DNA of 64,000 nucleotides from an uncultured Candidatus Rokubacteria bacterium (GTDB lineage Bacteria > Methylomirabilota > Methylomirabilia > Rokubacteriales > CSP1-6), in contig CAWBMV010000037.1 of NCBI GenBank assembly GCA_963789955.1, forward strand, positions 256,001 through 320,000, read 5' to 3'. The notes below the pieces were generated by a model. The model worked only from the letters and a program-made list of their open reading frames with translations, was not told the origin of the DNA and made no database searches. The translations under genes were made by a program, and so were the position numbers. Each line of letters opens with the position of its first letter. Within the stretch, counting starts at the first letter, position 1. Positions 51,687 to 62,258 of the stretch are shown here, piece after piece.

Positions 51687-52569
51687 CGGGTCGCCCCTGC
51701 ACTGCCTGGGTCGCGGGACATCCGCGGCAGTCCTTCCCTGATCCGGACCGAGAATCGAGGGTCGTCGTTGGCGGCCTTGGCGCGCTCGTTGATGTAGCTC
51801 TTCGCTTTGAGGACAGCGAATGGCAGGGAGCGATCGATGGCCCCGACGTCGTATGCCAGCTCGTCGAGGTAGCCGTTCAGGAAGAGCTTCCAGCTCCACC
51901 ACGATCGGCGCGCGTCCGACCTGGCGAGGCGCTGGATCGCCGTCGTGCAGTTGTCCGTCAAGGCGTTATACCAGCGGGGCCGCGTGCGCAGCTCGTTGAT
52001 CTGCTCGAGGTAGCGGAGTAGCAGCGTGCGAGCGAGCGCGGGCGGCGCGTCGAGCCGGTAGACGTGGACGTCCTCGCCACGGAAATTCGTGCGGAGGCGC
52101 ACGAGCGGAGCTTCGAAAGATCGAGCGCACGGTTCTCGAGGCGCACGGTGTAGTCGGTCTCGGTCCGATACTCGGCGTTGCGGACGTTGTGCACGATCGC
52201 CCGGTCTCCGTGAATGTCGGCAAAGGCCAGGGTCGCCACGTCAGGCTGCCAGTCCCGCTCGTTCGACGGCGGGATGGCGAGCCACGCGCCGAGAACCACG
52301 ACGAACGCCCCGAAGATCCCGGCGAGCGCCCACCGGCGCGGGCGCACGAACCACAGAGCGCCCGCCGCAGCCACGGGGGCGAGCAAGGCAAACCATGCGC
52401 GAAGCCGCGGCGGTCCGAGAAGCGAGAAGTCAAAGTAGATGGCCAGCGCCATCCATCCGATCAAGGCGCTGCACCCGAGCCCCAGCACGGCGAGCCCGAG
52501 CCACGCTGTGAAGCGCGAGTAGTGAACTCGGCCCTTGGTGTCCGATGCTTGGAACAACTCCGGCATCAT
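51683..52569 (-). pseudogene. DUF4105 (Lnb-like) protein with internal deletion near 52105
   Basis: PSNERDWQPDVA, HNVRN, LDLSKLRS joined out of frame to LVRLRTN; YNALTDNCTT retained. Confidence 0.7.
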
Positions 52570-52726
52570 GCCTACCTAGTGTTGTTCTTTCTCGAGGGCG
52601 ACGTCTATGGGACCTTGGTCGTCGCCGGCGTATCCTCCTCTTGCCTGCCCGCGAAGCGTCAAAGGAAGAGGTGATGCAAGGTGTCGATAGGCAGCGCTCG
52701 TAGAGACACTGACGAAGACGGCCCGG

Positions 52727-53345
52727 TCAATTGCCTGGACGGGTGATCAACTCGAGCTGATGTAGCGCTGCCGCAGCCTTGAGCGTCATGTAATTGATGT
52801 TCGACCGATTCATGCTGCTTCCTTCCTGGAACGGATACTGCGGAAGCGTGGCCAGGAACTCTTTGACTTTGCCGCCGACTGGGACGAACAGCCACATGAG
52901 GTCGCCATACCAGCGCACGTACATCATCGACTCGAACGGCATTCTCTCGTATGGATCAGCCCTTAGGTTCACGACGACTGGCCAGTTGGTCACCTTGCGC
53001 GTCCCGAACGCGATGTTCCCATCCACGCCCGCAAAATTCACTTTCCAGTCGTTCCAGCGCACCGCGTTCAACTCGTCGCCTTGGCCGAAGTAGAAGATCT
53101 CCTCGCGCGGCGCCTTCGTGGTCTCGCCCTTGAAGTAGGGCATGAAGCTGTAGCCGTCGGCGTGGACCTTGAAGGTCCGGCCGTTGGCCCTGTAACCGTT
53201 CTTCAGCTTCTCGACGATGTTCGGCTCGCCAGCAGCCGCGAGCAAGGTGGGCATCCAGTCTTCCCGGGAGAAGATTGCGTTGTTAAAGGTGCCTGGCTGG
53301 ATCACGCCCGGCCATCTCACGACCATAGGCACGCGGAAGCCGCCC
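52727..53345 (-). pseudogene. Arylsulfatase C-terminal fragment
   Basis: GGFRVPMVVRWPG, DWMPTL, AVRWNDWK, NLRADPYE; no N-terminal CxPxR half. Confidence 0.8.
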
Positions 53346-53468
53346 GGCCAGCTCCGCGATGTCAACACGGCGGTGGTGCTCGGCCTACGCTTGTATGCGC
53401 GCTTCTGACAACTCGCTGCTGACGAGGTCCTCGACGAACGACGTTCCTTTTAATCAGAGGAGAACAGG

Positions 53469-53945
53469 ATGAGCAAGGCTGCGCGCTCGACGATCATACT
53501 TTCCGTGGGTCTTGTGCTCGTGGTGTCGATGGCCGGCTGGCTCTCGGCCCAGCAGTCTCCAACATCCGCCCAGCCCCCTGGCGTGAGCGCGCCGGCACAG
53601 CCGGACGAGGACATCACGAGCGACATCGCGCTGACGCGGGCGTCGATCCAGCTCCGCCGCCCTTGCCTCCTGCGCGACCATCGACGCGACAACGCCCCAA
53701 TTCGTCGGAGCGTCCCACTTTCCACCGAGCGACCCCGCGCGCGTGGAGATCCTGCGTGGTGAGCCCTCTCGACCGCACGACCGCCTGGGCGAGATCGTCG
53801 TGGACGCGTCGATAGACCCACCGCCGCCCATCGAAAAAGTCGAGGCAAAGCTACGCAGCGAAGCGAGCAAGCTCGGAGCCGACGTTGTCATCGTGGTGTC
53901 CGACCGTGTTCAGGAGGTCGGGGCCTTCCTCTCTGGCCCTCCGAG
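53469..53945 (+). pseudogene. Fused fragments of two exported hypothetical proteins
   Basis: Signal-peptide ORF with GAGGAG SD breaks near 53660 into a second fragment (EILRGEPSRPHDRLGEI...LGADVVIVV) that itself truncates. Confidence 0.45.
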
Positions 53946-54235
53946 GGAAGGCGCCGCCGGCGAGGTGCAGCGTCTCGCCCGGGACGGGGAAGGTCGCGAG
54001 TCTCCCTGGGTCTTCTGCGCCCGCTTTGCTCCCGTCTTCGCGGCGAAATACTCTCGTCCGGGTACCACCTTTAACAATTAGTTTTAGGTAAACGGCGCGA
54101 GTCGGTCTGGACGATTGATCAAGATTTTGTTGTGGGACGTATGTGGGGCGTGATCACGTGGCACGCACGCGTGGCGTGATCGGTCGGGCAGAGTTATACA
54201 GGAGAGCGGCGTGAAGCGTGGCGCGCCAGGGCGCG

Positions 54236-54739
54236 TCAGCGGTGCAGCTTGGTGCTACTCCGTGCAGCGAGACGGCGGAGGGGTTTTCCGGACAACCTCG
54301 TTAGCACCCATTGTTTCGCAGGTTTAGCGCCGAGACGCCGGTAGAACCGGAACGCCTTTTCGTTCCAGTCGAGCACCGCCCACTCCATCCGGCCGCATCC
54401 GCGCCGCCGCGCGATCCGCGCCAGCTCGCCGAGGAGCGCGCGGCCGGCGCCACGCCCGCGCTCTTCGGGGAGCACGAACAGATCCTCCAGATAGAGCGTC
54501 GGGCGTCCCAGGAACGTCGAGTACGTGAAGAAATACAGCGCGAACCCGATGGGCTCGCGACCCCGACGGCAGATGATCGTTTCGAAGTAGCGGCGAGGCC
54601 CGAAGCCGTGACGCCGGATCTGGCCCGTGGTCGCGACGGCCTCGTGCGCCAGCCGCTCGTACTCGGCGAGCCCGCGGATCAGCCGGAGGATCACCGGGAC
54701 GTCGCGTCGCGTCCCGCGGCGGATCGAGAGGGCCGTCAT
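54236..54739 (-). CDS. GNAT N-acetyltransferase (SSAT-like) with island-derived 3' end
   Basis: IRGLAEYE, YSTFLGRPTLYLEDLFV, RGRGAG, VLDWN; codons become AT-rich after 54361. Confidence 0.9.
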   Translation of the reverse strand: MTALSIRRGTRRDVPVILRLIRGLAEYERLAHEAVATTGQIRRHGFGPRRYFETIICRRGREPIGFALYFFTYSTFLGRPTLYLEDLFVLPEERGRGAGRALLGELARIARRRGCGRMEWAVLDWNEKAFRFYRRLGAKPAKQWVLTRLSGKPLRRLAARSSTKLHR

Positions 54740-54749
54740 GCGGGGACGG

Positions 54750-55220
54750 TCACGGCGCGGTCGCCGTGTCATCGGCCGCCAGCAGCTCGAACACCGGGTA
54801 GCGCGCGGCGATCGCCGCGAAGGCGTGCGTGGGTGCCCCGGCAGGCAGCGGGAAATAACGTTGAACGACCGATCGGTACCGGTCGAGATAGGTGGAGAGC
54901 ACCGGCGGCTTGTCGGCGTCGGCGAGGGCGCGGAGCCGGAAGCGACGGTGACGCGAGCCTCGCTTGAGGACGACCTCGTTCGAGACCTCCGCGTTGCGCA
55001 CCCACTGGGTGCGGCCGCGAGGCGCCACGAGGAATCGGACGCCGTGGAGCGACACGAGACTCACCGGGAGTTGCGTACACGCGGCCGGACTTCCGCCCCC
55101 TCACCTGCAGGAGATAGTAGTCGCGCGGCACCGAGCCCCATCCCGACCAGGGCGCCGAACGCTCCGGTTGAAGACCCGCTCGAGCGCGCTCGGCTCACGG
55201 AACGCGGGGTCCGCGTCCAC
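54750..55220 (-). CDS. Deazaflavin (F420)-dependent nitroreductase/DDN-like protein (frameshifted)
   Basis: LLQVRGRKSGRVYATPV, APRGRTQWVRNA, YPVF. Confidence 0.7.
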
Positions 55221-55222
55221 CA

Positions 55223-56044
55223 CTAGCGCTGGCTCAGGTAGTGCTCCGCGATCTCGATCGGCGGCGCGATCCAGACATCCTTCTTGGCCAGGATGTGCTT
55301 GAGCAGGCGCTCGACCATGCGCATCCGCGACGGCCGGCCGATGACTTGCGGATGGCCCATGAGGTTGTAGAACCCACCCTCCTCGTAGGCACCCTCGAAT
55401 TCTTCCTTCCAGATCTCGAAGACGTCTTCCTGGCTCCAGATCCCGTTGCCGACCGGCGGCACCGCGCTGAATCCGAAGTAGACCCAGTCGTTGTTGAGCC
55501 ACGAGGTGGGCAGCTCGACCAGCTCGCCGTAGGCCGTCTTGTGGCAGTACGGCAGGTCGGTGTCCATCATGTTGCTGTGGTAGACGAAGCCGTGCTTTCG
55601 CAAGAGCTCCATCGTGTGCTTGCTCGGGTCGCACGACGGTGCCCGCGAGCCGCGCGGCTGCACGCCGAGGATGTTCTGGAAGACTTCGAGGGTCTTCACG
55701 AGCAGGGCTTCCTCCTCCTCACGGCCCGAGAGGAAGAAGGGCTTCTCGTGCAGATACCCGTGGTGACCCACCTCGTGGCCGCGGCGCAGCGCCTCGCGCG
55801 CCATGTCGGGATAGCGCTCGATGATCCAGCCCGGGATGAAGAAGCACACCTTCACGTTGTAGCGATCGAGGACGTTCAAGATCCGCGGCATGGCGGTCTT
55901 CGGGCCGTAGGCGCCCATGCCCATGTGGAGCGGCCGCTCGGCGAGCGCCGGATCGCGGTGGATCCACGGGCTCTCGCCGTCCACGTCGAACGAAAGCGCC
56001 ACCGCGCACCTCGCCCCGTTCTTCCACTTGATCGGTCGGTCCAT
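55223..56044 (-). CDS. Polysaccharide deacetylase (CE4, PuuE/PgdA-like)
   Basis: SFDVD, HEVGHHGYLHE, RAP, HPQVIGRPSR. Confidence 0.88.
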   Translation of the reverse strand: MDRPIKWKNGARCAVALSFDVDGESPWIHRDPALAERPLHMGMGAYGPKTAMPRILNVLDRYNVKVCFFIPGWIIERYPDMAREALRRGHEVGHHGYLHEKPFFLSGREEEEALLVKTLEVFQNILGVQPRGSRAPSCDPSKHTMELLRKHGFVYHSNMMDTDLPYCHKTAYGELVELPTSWLNNDWVYFGFSAVPPVGNGIWSQEDVFEIWKEEFEGAYEEGGFYNLMGHPQVIGRPSRMRMVERLLKHILAKKDVWIAPPIEIAEHYLSQR

Positions 56045-56065
56045 CGCTATCTCCTGGCGGCGAGC

Positions 56066-57394
56066 CTATGCGCCCGCCACGTCCCTCAGCATCTCGGTGT
56101 ACACGCGCACGCCCTCGCGCAGGTTCTCGAGCGAGATGCGCTCGTCGTTGCCGTGGATCCGCTGAAGCTCCGACTCGTCGATGACGAACGGGCTGAAGCC
56201 GTAGGCGTGCAGGCCGCAGCGCCGGAACACCCAGCTGTCGGTGAAGGCGACCAGGATCATCGGCGCCACCACGACCCCCGGAGCCCGCCGCCGCATCGCG
56301 GCGGCCATCGCCTTGTAGAGCTCGGTGTCCGGCGGCGAGAGATTCGGGATCTTGGGCTCGCGGGCGATCGTGACCTGCACGTGCTCGTCGGCGATCGCGC
56401 CGCGGACCCAGGCGGCGATCTCCTCGGGATCGTCGCCCGCCAGCATGCGGCAATCCAGCTGGGCGGTCGCTTCGGGCGGAATCACGTTGCTCTTCTCGCT
56501 GCCCCGCAGCATCGTCACCGCGAAGGTCGTCCGGACCATCGCGGCCCATTGCCGGTTCGCGAGGAACCGGTCGCGGAACTCGGGATCGCGGAGGCTCCGG
56601 GTGAGGTCGTCGTAGCCCGCGCTCTCCTCCGGTGACATCAGCGACGCCACGCGGGAGAAGAACTCCTGCACCTCCGGAAGAACTCTGGGCGAGCGCTCGG
56701 CTTCCAGCAAACGACCGAGGGCGCGCACGAGCCGGTTCGGCGCGGTATCGGGCCACGGCATCGAGCCGTGCCCGGGCTCGCCGCGCGCTTTGAGCACGAT
56801 CGGGAGGCCGGTCTTCTCCGAGATCACGATCGCCCCCAGCGGCGCCTTGAGCTTTGGATCCGACTGGATCGCCGCGAGCTCGGAGATCGCGTACTCCGCT
56901 CCGGCCAGCCAGTCGCGCCGCTGGTCGGCGATGAACTGGGCGCCGAACTCGCTGCCGGCTTCCTCGTCGGCGGTCGCCAGGAACACGAGATCCCGCTTGA
57001 GCGGGACGCGCGCGCGCTTGAGCGCCAGCATCGCGGCGAGGTGCAGGATGCCCGTCGACTTCATGTCGATCGCGCCGCGTCCGTAGAGGTAGCCGTCGGC
57101 GATCGCGCCGCCGAAGGGATCGACGGTCCAGTAGCGGCGATCGGCGTACACGACGTCGATGTGATGGTGCAGGACGATGCCGCCGAGCGAGCCGTCGCCC
57201 GGGAGCCGCGCGCGCAGGCTGGCCCGGCCGGGCGCCGCCTCGATCGTCTCGCTCTCGATCCCCTCGCGCGCCAGGACGTCCGCGAGGAACCGAACGCCGG
57301 CGATCTCGTTGCCCGGCGGATTCGTGGTATCGATCATCAGATAGCGGCGCAGCAGATCGACCGTCTCATCGCCCAGAGCCGTCCAGTCGATCAT
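56066..57394 (-). CDS. M20 family metallo-amidohydrolase
   Basis: TTNPPGNE, HHIDVV, GRGAIDMK, DEE, HGNDER. Confidence 0.92.
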   Translation of the reverse strand: MIDWTALGDETVDLLRRYLMIDTTNPPGNEIAGVRFLADVLAREGIESETIEAAPGRASLRARLPGDGSLGGIVLHHHIDVVYADRRYWTVDPFGGAIADGYLYGRGAIDMKSTGILHLAAMLALKRARVPLKRDLVFLATADEEAGSEFGAQFIADQRRDWLAGAEYAISELAAIQSDPKLKAPLGAIVISEKTGLPIVLKARGEPGHGSMPWPDTAPNRLVRALGRLLEAERSPRVLPEVQEFFSRVASLMSPEESAGYDDLTRSLRDPEFRDRFLANRQWAAMVRTTFAVTMLRGSEKSNVIPPEATAQLDCRMLAGDDPEEIAAWVRGAIADEHVQVTIAREPKIPNLSPPDTELYKAMAAAMRRRAPGVVVAPMILVAFTDSWVFRRCGLHAYGFSPFVIDESELQRIHGNDERISLENLREGVRVYTEMLRDVAGA

Positions 57395-57573
57395 CGCGCC
57401 TCCGCCTCCGGATTCATCGCCCGGACGTCGCCGAGCTCCCAGCGGGCCATGTGGCAATAGAGGTCGAGGAGCTGCATCGTGCGCTCGATCGCCGGATTGT
57501 CGCTGGCCTGCCGGAGCTCCTGCACGCGCGCCTGCAAGTCGCGAAGCCGCTCCAGCGTTTCCTCGCGCGTCAC
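57391..57573 (-). CDS. Small helical hypothetical protein
   Basis: 60 aa ORF overlapping both neighbours by 4 nt. Confidence 0.6.
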   Translation of the reverse strand: MTREETLERLRDLQARVQELRQASDNPAIERTMQLLDLYCHMARWELGDVRAMNPEAEAR

Positions 57574-58946
57574 GGCTCGCTCCGGCCCGCGAGCTGCCAG
57601 CGGTGTCCGGCCGGCCGGTGATCGAAGAAGCGCTTGGCCTTCAGCTCGTAGCGCGGCAGGCTGCTCGGCCCCTGCACCGTGACGTCGATCGACACGCCGA
57701 TCACCGACTTGAAGACACCGGCCGCGTCACGCCCGAGCTCGGCGTAGCGCGCCGCGTCGATCTCGGGCCGCGCCTCGGCCTTGACGGTCACGAAGTCGTT
57801 GGTGGCGTCGCGGTCGACGTGAACTTCGTAATGCTCGGACAGCCCGGCGATCCGGTGCAGAAGGGCTTCGACGGCCGCCGGGTACACGTTGACGCCCTTC
57901 ACGATGATCATGTGGTCGGTGCGCCCGAGCACGCCGCCGGGATAGAAGGCCCAGGTCGTGCCGCAGCCACACGGACGATCCGTCCGGCGCACCAGATCGT
58001 GAGTCCGGTACTTGATCAGCGGCTGGCCGTCCTGGATGTAGCTCGTCACGATGTGCTCGCCGACGTCCCCGTACTCCACCGGATTGCCCGACTCGTCGAC
58101 GACCAGGGCGTGATACCAGTCCTCGCAGAGATGGTTGCCCTCCTGCAGAGGACAGCCCGGGTTCGTCGGACCGATCTCCGCGATGCCGTAAAGCTCATAG
58201 CACTTGGCGCCCCAGAGCACCTCGATCGCGTGGCGGGTCGCGGGAATGCTCCCGCCGGGCTCACCGGACACGATCACGGTCGAGATCGACGTCCTGGCGA
58301 GGTCCACACCGATCTCGCGCGCGGTCTCACCGAGGTAGAGCGCATAGGTCGGCGTCGCCAGCATGACGTCCGGACGGTATTGCTCGATCTGACGGAGCCG
58401 CGCCTTGCTGTCGAGCCCGCCGCCCGAGACGACGGTGGCGCCGAGACGGCGCACACCCATGTAGGCCGACCAGAACGCGGCGAAGATCCCCCAATTGAAC
58501 GGAAAGTAGAACGTGTGGCGCGCCCGAAGCCCGGCGGCCCAGTACAGGTAGACCCACGACTCGCCCCACAGCTCCGCCGAGTGATACGTGAGCGGAATGT
58601 GGAGCGGCGCGCCGGTCGAGCCCGAGGTCGCGAACCGTTGATGGAAGAAGTCCTCGTGGATCGCGAGCGCGTCGCCGAACGGCGGGCTCACCGCCTGCGC
58701 GTCGAGGATCTCTTTCTTGTCGATGAACGGCAGCCGCTTGACGAAGTCGTCCATCGTGCGGATCTGCTCGGGCTTGACCTTGTGACGATCGAGGAGCTTC
58801 CGGTACATCGGGCTGCGCGCGTAGGCATACTCGATCGCCGTCTGGAGCTTCCGCAGATGCAGCTGGTCGAGCTCGGCCCGCGGCATGGTCTGCGTGTACG
58901 GGTTCCAGAACTTCTGCGCCTCGACCGCGGGCTTGTAGAGAGTCAT
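57570..58946 (-). CDS. Phenylacetate-CoA ligase-like (PaaK family) adenylate-forming enzyme
   Basis: TSGSTG, ATPTY, SGEPG, YGIAE, YRTHD, GRTD, KGVNVYP. Confidence 0.9.
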   Translation of the reverse strand: MTLYKPAVEAQKFWNPYTQTMPRAELDQLHLRKLQTAIEYAYARSPMYRKLLDRHKVKPEQIRTMDDFVKRLPFIDKKEILDAQAVSPPFGDALAIHEDFFHQRFATSGSTGAPLHIPLTYHSAELWGESWVYLYWAAGLRARHTFYFPFNWGIFAAFWSAYMGVRRLGATVVSGGGLDSKARLRQIEQYRPDVMLATPTYALYLGETAREIGVDLARTSISTVIVSGEPGGSIPATRHAIEVLWGAKCYELYGIAEIGPTNPGCPLQEGNHLCEDWYHALVVDESGNPVEYGDVGEHIVTSYIQDGQPLIKYRTHDLVRRTDRPCGCGTTWAFYPGGVLGRTDHMIIVKGVNVYPAAVEALLHRIAGLSEHYEVHVDRDATNDFVTVKAEARPEIDAARYAELGRDAAGVFKSVIGVSIDVTVQGPSSLPRYELKAKRFFDHRPAGHRWQLAGRSEP

Positions 58947-59051
58947 GTAGTTTCTATTTCGGAGCTCTTGCCGGGACCACCGAGGGTGGCCTGAGATAGG
59001 TGCGAGCCGGCTCCGTCACGCCCGTTCTACCCGAGACGTCAGCGCCCGATT

Positions 59052-60085
59052 CTACCCACGGCAGAGCTCTGCGCGAACTTGACGCGTGCCGGTGACCAGC
59101 GCCTGGAGCTTGGCGAACGCCAGATGGCGCGGGAGCCGCGCGAGGCCGCAGTCCGGGTTGATCCACAGCCGCTCGGCCGGCACGCTCTCGAGCATCCGTC
59201 GAACTCCGTCGCGCGACCAGCTCGGGGCTCTCGACGTAGAAGTTCTTGAGATCGAGCACGCCGGCGCCGAGCTCCTTGGGGCAGTCGAACTCGCGCCACA
59301 GCTCGCTCTCGGCCATCTCGCGGTTCGCGTACTCGAACACGAGCTGGTCGGCCGAGGCGCTCGCGATCGTCGGGAACAGCGGCCGGTAGGCCCGCTCACC
59401 GTAGCCGAACCCCTCGAGCGTCCCGAAGCAGATGTGCCAGAACCGCCGCTCGACCGCGACGCCGTCGAAGCAGCGATCGTAGAGCTCGACGAGCCGCTTC
59501 GGCTCCATGATGAAGCTCTGGTAGACGTCGTCGAGCTGGAGATTGCGGGCGCCGCCGGCGGCGAGCGCGCGAAGCTCGCGATTGATGAGCGTGGCCAGGT
59601 CCGCGGCGATCTCGATCCGGTCCTTGTACGGTCCGCCCTTCGTGATCTGCGTCGCCAGGGTGAGCGGCCCGGGCAGGGTGATCTTGAACGGGCGCGTCGT
59701 CACCGTGCCGGATGTAGTCGAGCTCCTTGAGCGTGCCGAGCCCGGCCGGCGCCGAGATGCGCTCGACCGGTTCGTAGAACACGTGACCGTCGTAGGAGAG
59801 CACGCCCACCTTCCGGCGAGGCTCGATCGGGCGGAGCCCGTCGAAGTATTTGAAGATCGAGACGATGAACCCCTGGCGCCGCATCTCCCCGTCGGAGATC
59901 AGATCGACCCCCGCGTGCTCCTGATCGCGGATCGCGGTGGCGACCGCATCGTTCTCGGTCTCGGCAACGTCCATCGCGCCGAAGCCGCCGGCCTCGATCT
60001 TCTCGTACGCGGCCCAGAGCCAGGCCGGGATCGCGTAGCTGCCGACGACGGTCGTGGGAAGGATCGGCAGCGTCGAGGCCGTCAC
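59052..60085 (-). CDS. Cobalamin-independent methionine synthase II family (single-barrel MetE-like; two frameshifts)
   Basis: TTVVGSY, SDGEMRR, PGPLTL, Zn ligands HIC...E...PDCG. Confidence 0.88.
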
Positions 60086-60092
60086 GTGGTCG

Positions 60093-61271
60093 CTACTCGG
60101 AGAGCGTGAAGACGCCCTTTTTGACCGTGAGCGCCCAGATCTGCCCGACGTTCACGCCCAGCTCGTTCATCGTGATCACGCCGATGGCGCCGTCGTAGCT
60201 CTTGAGACCGCCCCAGCACTTCGCGAGCTTGTCCCGGTCGCTCTCGAGATCGTCGGGCTTGTTCGTCACGCCGGCCGTCTCGATGCACATCTTGGCGATG
60301 AAGAGCTGGTCGTACATCGCGGGGCCGGAGGAGTTCGGGCGCTTGCCGCCGGAACGCTCGAGGAACTTCTTCACGAAGGTCTGCATGCGCGGGATCGGGC
60401 GCTCGTTCCAGGCGTACGTCGTGGTGTACCAGCCCTCGACGGCGTCACCGCCGAGCGTGACGAGATCGGGCGTGGCCGTGGCGACGCCACCCTGGATCGG
60501 GCCCTTGAACCCTTGCTTGCGCGCTTCCTTGGCTACCAGCGCGGCCTCGCGTGAGGCCGAGCCGAGGAAGAGCATGTCCGGCTGCTTGGCGAGCGCGCGC
60601 GTGACCTGCGCGCTGAAGTCGAGATCGCCCGTCTGGAAGGTGATCGAGTCGAGCAGCTCGACGTTGGCCTGCTGGAAGGTCGGCGGCATCACCACGGTCG
60701 CCTCCGCCTTCGAGATGGCGTCGGCCTGGTTGTAGAGCACGGCCGCCTTCTTCACTTCCGGGTGATGCTTGCGCAGAGCCGCCAGCCCGGTGCCGAGCGC
60801 GCGCGCGGCGCCTGGATTCATCGTGTAGGCAAACGGCCGGAACTTGTCGGTGAGTCCGGGCGCGGCGGCGGTCGGCGAGACGATCGGAACCTTGAGGCTC
60901 GCGGACAAGGGGTACATGACGCCGGCGCTCGAGCTCGAGATCGAGCCGTGGATCATCAGGACGCGATCGGTCTGAGCCAGGCGGCGCGTGAGCGTGACGG
61001 ACTCCTTCGGGTCCCCACGATCGTCGGCCATGACGAGCTCGAGCGGCAGCCCGCCGATGCCCCCGGCAGCGTTGATCTCTTCCCGCGCGATCTCGGCGCC
61101 GATCAGTCCGTGCTGTCCCCAGTCCACGAAGATCCCGGCCTGCGGCATGATGACGCCGAGCCGAACCTTGTCACCCGCCAGCTTCGCGCCGACGGCTGGG
61201 GTGACCACACCGGCCAGCAGTACGGCAACTAGCAGGACTGAAATCGAGCCACGACGACGCATCCCGACCAT
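60093..61271 (-). CDS. Branched-chain amino acid-type ABC substrate-binding protein
   Basis: Signal peptide; EINAAGGIGG, DDRGDP, DFSAQV. Confidence 0.88.
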   Translation of the reverse strand: MVGMRRRGSISVLLVAVLLAGVVTPAVGAKLAGDKVRLGVIMPQAGIFVDWGQHGLIGAEIAREEINAAGGIGGLPLELVMADDRGDPKESVTLTRRLAQTDRVLMIHGSISSSSAGVMYPLSASLKVPIVSPTAAAPGLTDKFRPFAYTMNPGAARALGTGLAALRKHHPEVKKAAVLYNQADAISKAEATVVMPPTFQQANVELLDSITFQTGDLDFSAQVTRALAKQPDMLFLGSASREAALVAKEARKQGFKGPIQGGVATATPDLVTLGGDAVEGWYTTTYAWNERPIPRMQTFVKKFLERSGGKRPNSSGPAMYDQLFIAKMCIETAGVTNKPDDLESDRDKLAKCWGGLKSYDGAIGVITMNELGVNVGQIWALTVKKGVFTLSE

Positions 61272-61369
61272 GCGTTCTCTCTCCTGTGTTGACCGGCGCA
61301 CACGACTATTCATAGGCACGCCTCGGCCGGCGGGGCCCCAGCCCCGCGACGGCCTGCAGCGTGCACTGC

Positions 61370-62248
61370 CTACGCGAGCGACAGCGCGAGCTGCTCGAGC
61401 TCCGTGACCTGCATCTCGCGCCCCATGCCCCAGCGCTTGATCGCGGCCATGATCTCCGCGAGCTTCGCCGGAGGATAGGCCGAGAAGATGAACCGCTCAC
61501 CGGCGCCCCACTGGTCGACCCGCCACGGCCGGTCCGCGAACTCCGGCGGAATGCATTTCTTCCACAGCGGCAGGTAGCGTGCGAGATCGCGATCCAGCGC
61601 TTCGTCGGCGCGCGCGAGCGCCGCGAAATACCGCCGCAGCACGTCGCGATCGCTCGACTCGTCTACCCACCAGAGCGTATTGAACTCGCCGCCGAGAATC
61701 CGGCGCAAGCCCAGCTCTTCGGCCATGTAGATCTGTGGGTCGAGCAGGCTCGCCGCCTCCACCTCGCCCTTGAGCAGCGCGTCGAGCCGCCGGCCGAAGC
61801 CGCCGACGGGCTCGATCTTGATATCGGCAAGCGGCAGGTAGCTCTCGAGACGATACGGCACGTTGTAGTGGCTTCCCGCCATCAGCCCGACCGCGACCGG
61901 GACACCGGCGAGATCCTCGGGCCGGCGGATGCGCGAGTCCGGACGCACGTAGATCGCGTGCCGCGCAACGCCGTACGCATCGGGGACGAACTTCCCCATG
62001 CCGGCGCCCGCGTTGCACACGCTGCCCCACGCGCACGCATTCCCGATGGCCTGGGCGCCTTCCAGAAACGGCTGGTCTTGCGGGCGCGCCTTGTAGCCTC
62101 CGGTCCACCCCTTCATCTGACCGAGGTAGACGTCCCACATCACCTCAGGATCGAGGCGCTGCTCGCGGAAGTAGCCTTCCTCGAACGCGATCCATTCGTG
62201 AAGCCGCATACCGGTGGGGAAAATGCGGATCTTGGTAGGCCCGTCCAT
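61370..62248 (-). CDS. SsuA/THI5-like periplasmic-binding-fold protein without a signal peptide
   Basis: IAFEEGYFREQRLD, DSRIRRPEDLAG, ALLKGEVEAA; no hydrophobic N-terminus. Confidence 0.7.
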   Translation of the reverse strand: MDGPTKIRIFPTGMRLHEWIAFEEGYFREQRLDPEVMWDVYLGQMKGWTGGYKARPQDQPFLEGAQAIGNACAWGSVCNAGAGMGKFVPDAYGVARHAIYVRPDSRIRRPEDLAGVPVAVGLMAGSHYNVPYRLESYLPLADIKIEPVGGFGRRLDALLKGEVEAASLLDPQIYMAEELGLRRILGGEFNTLWWVDESSDRDVLRRYFAALARADEALDRDLARYLPLWKKCIPPEFADRPWRVDQWGAGERFIFSAYPPAKLAEIMAAIKRWGMGREMQVTELEQLALSLA

Positions 62249-62258
62249 CAGTTGGGCG

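Larger units (their letters stand above)
48084..54372. mobile_element. Decayed genomic island integrated into a GNAT gene (no integrase left)
   Basis: 11-bp direct repeat GTTCCAGTCGA at 48084-48094 and 54362-54372; duplicated gene 3' end; arm-site-like TGTGGGRCGT pair at 54131-54151; several truncated genes inside. Confidence 0.8.

Noticed and set aside
58947..59057. SAM/SAH riboswitch near the metE-like gene
   Set aside because: No recognisable consensus, and it lies downstream of the gene; only an imperfect ~20-nt tandem repeat (59014-59057) and a small hairpin
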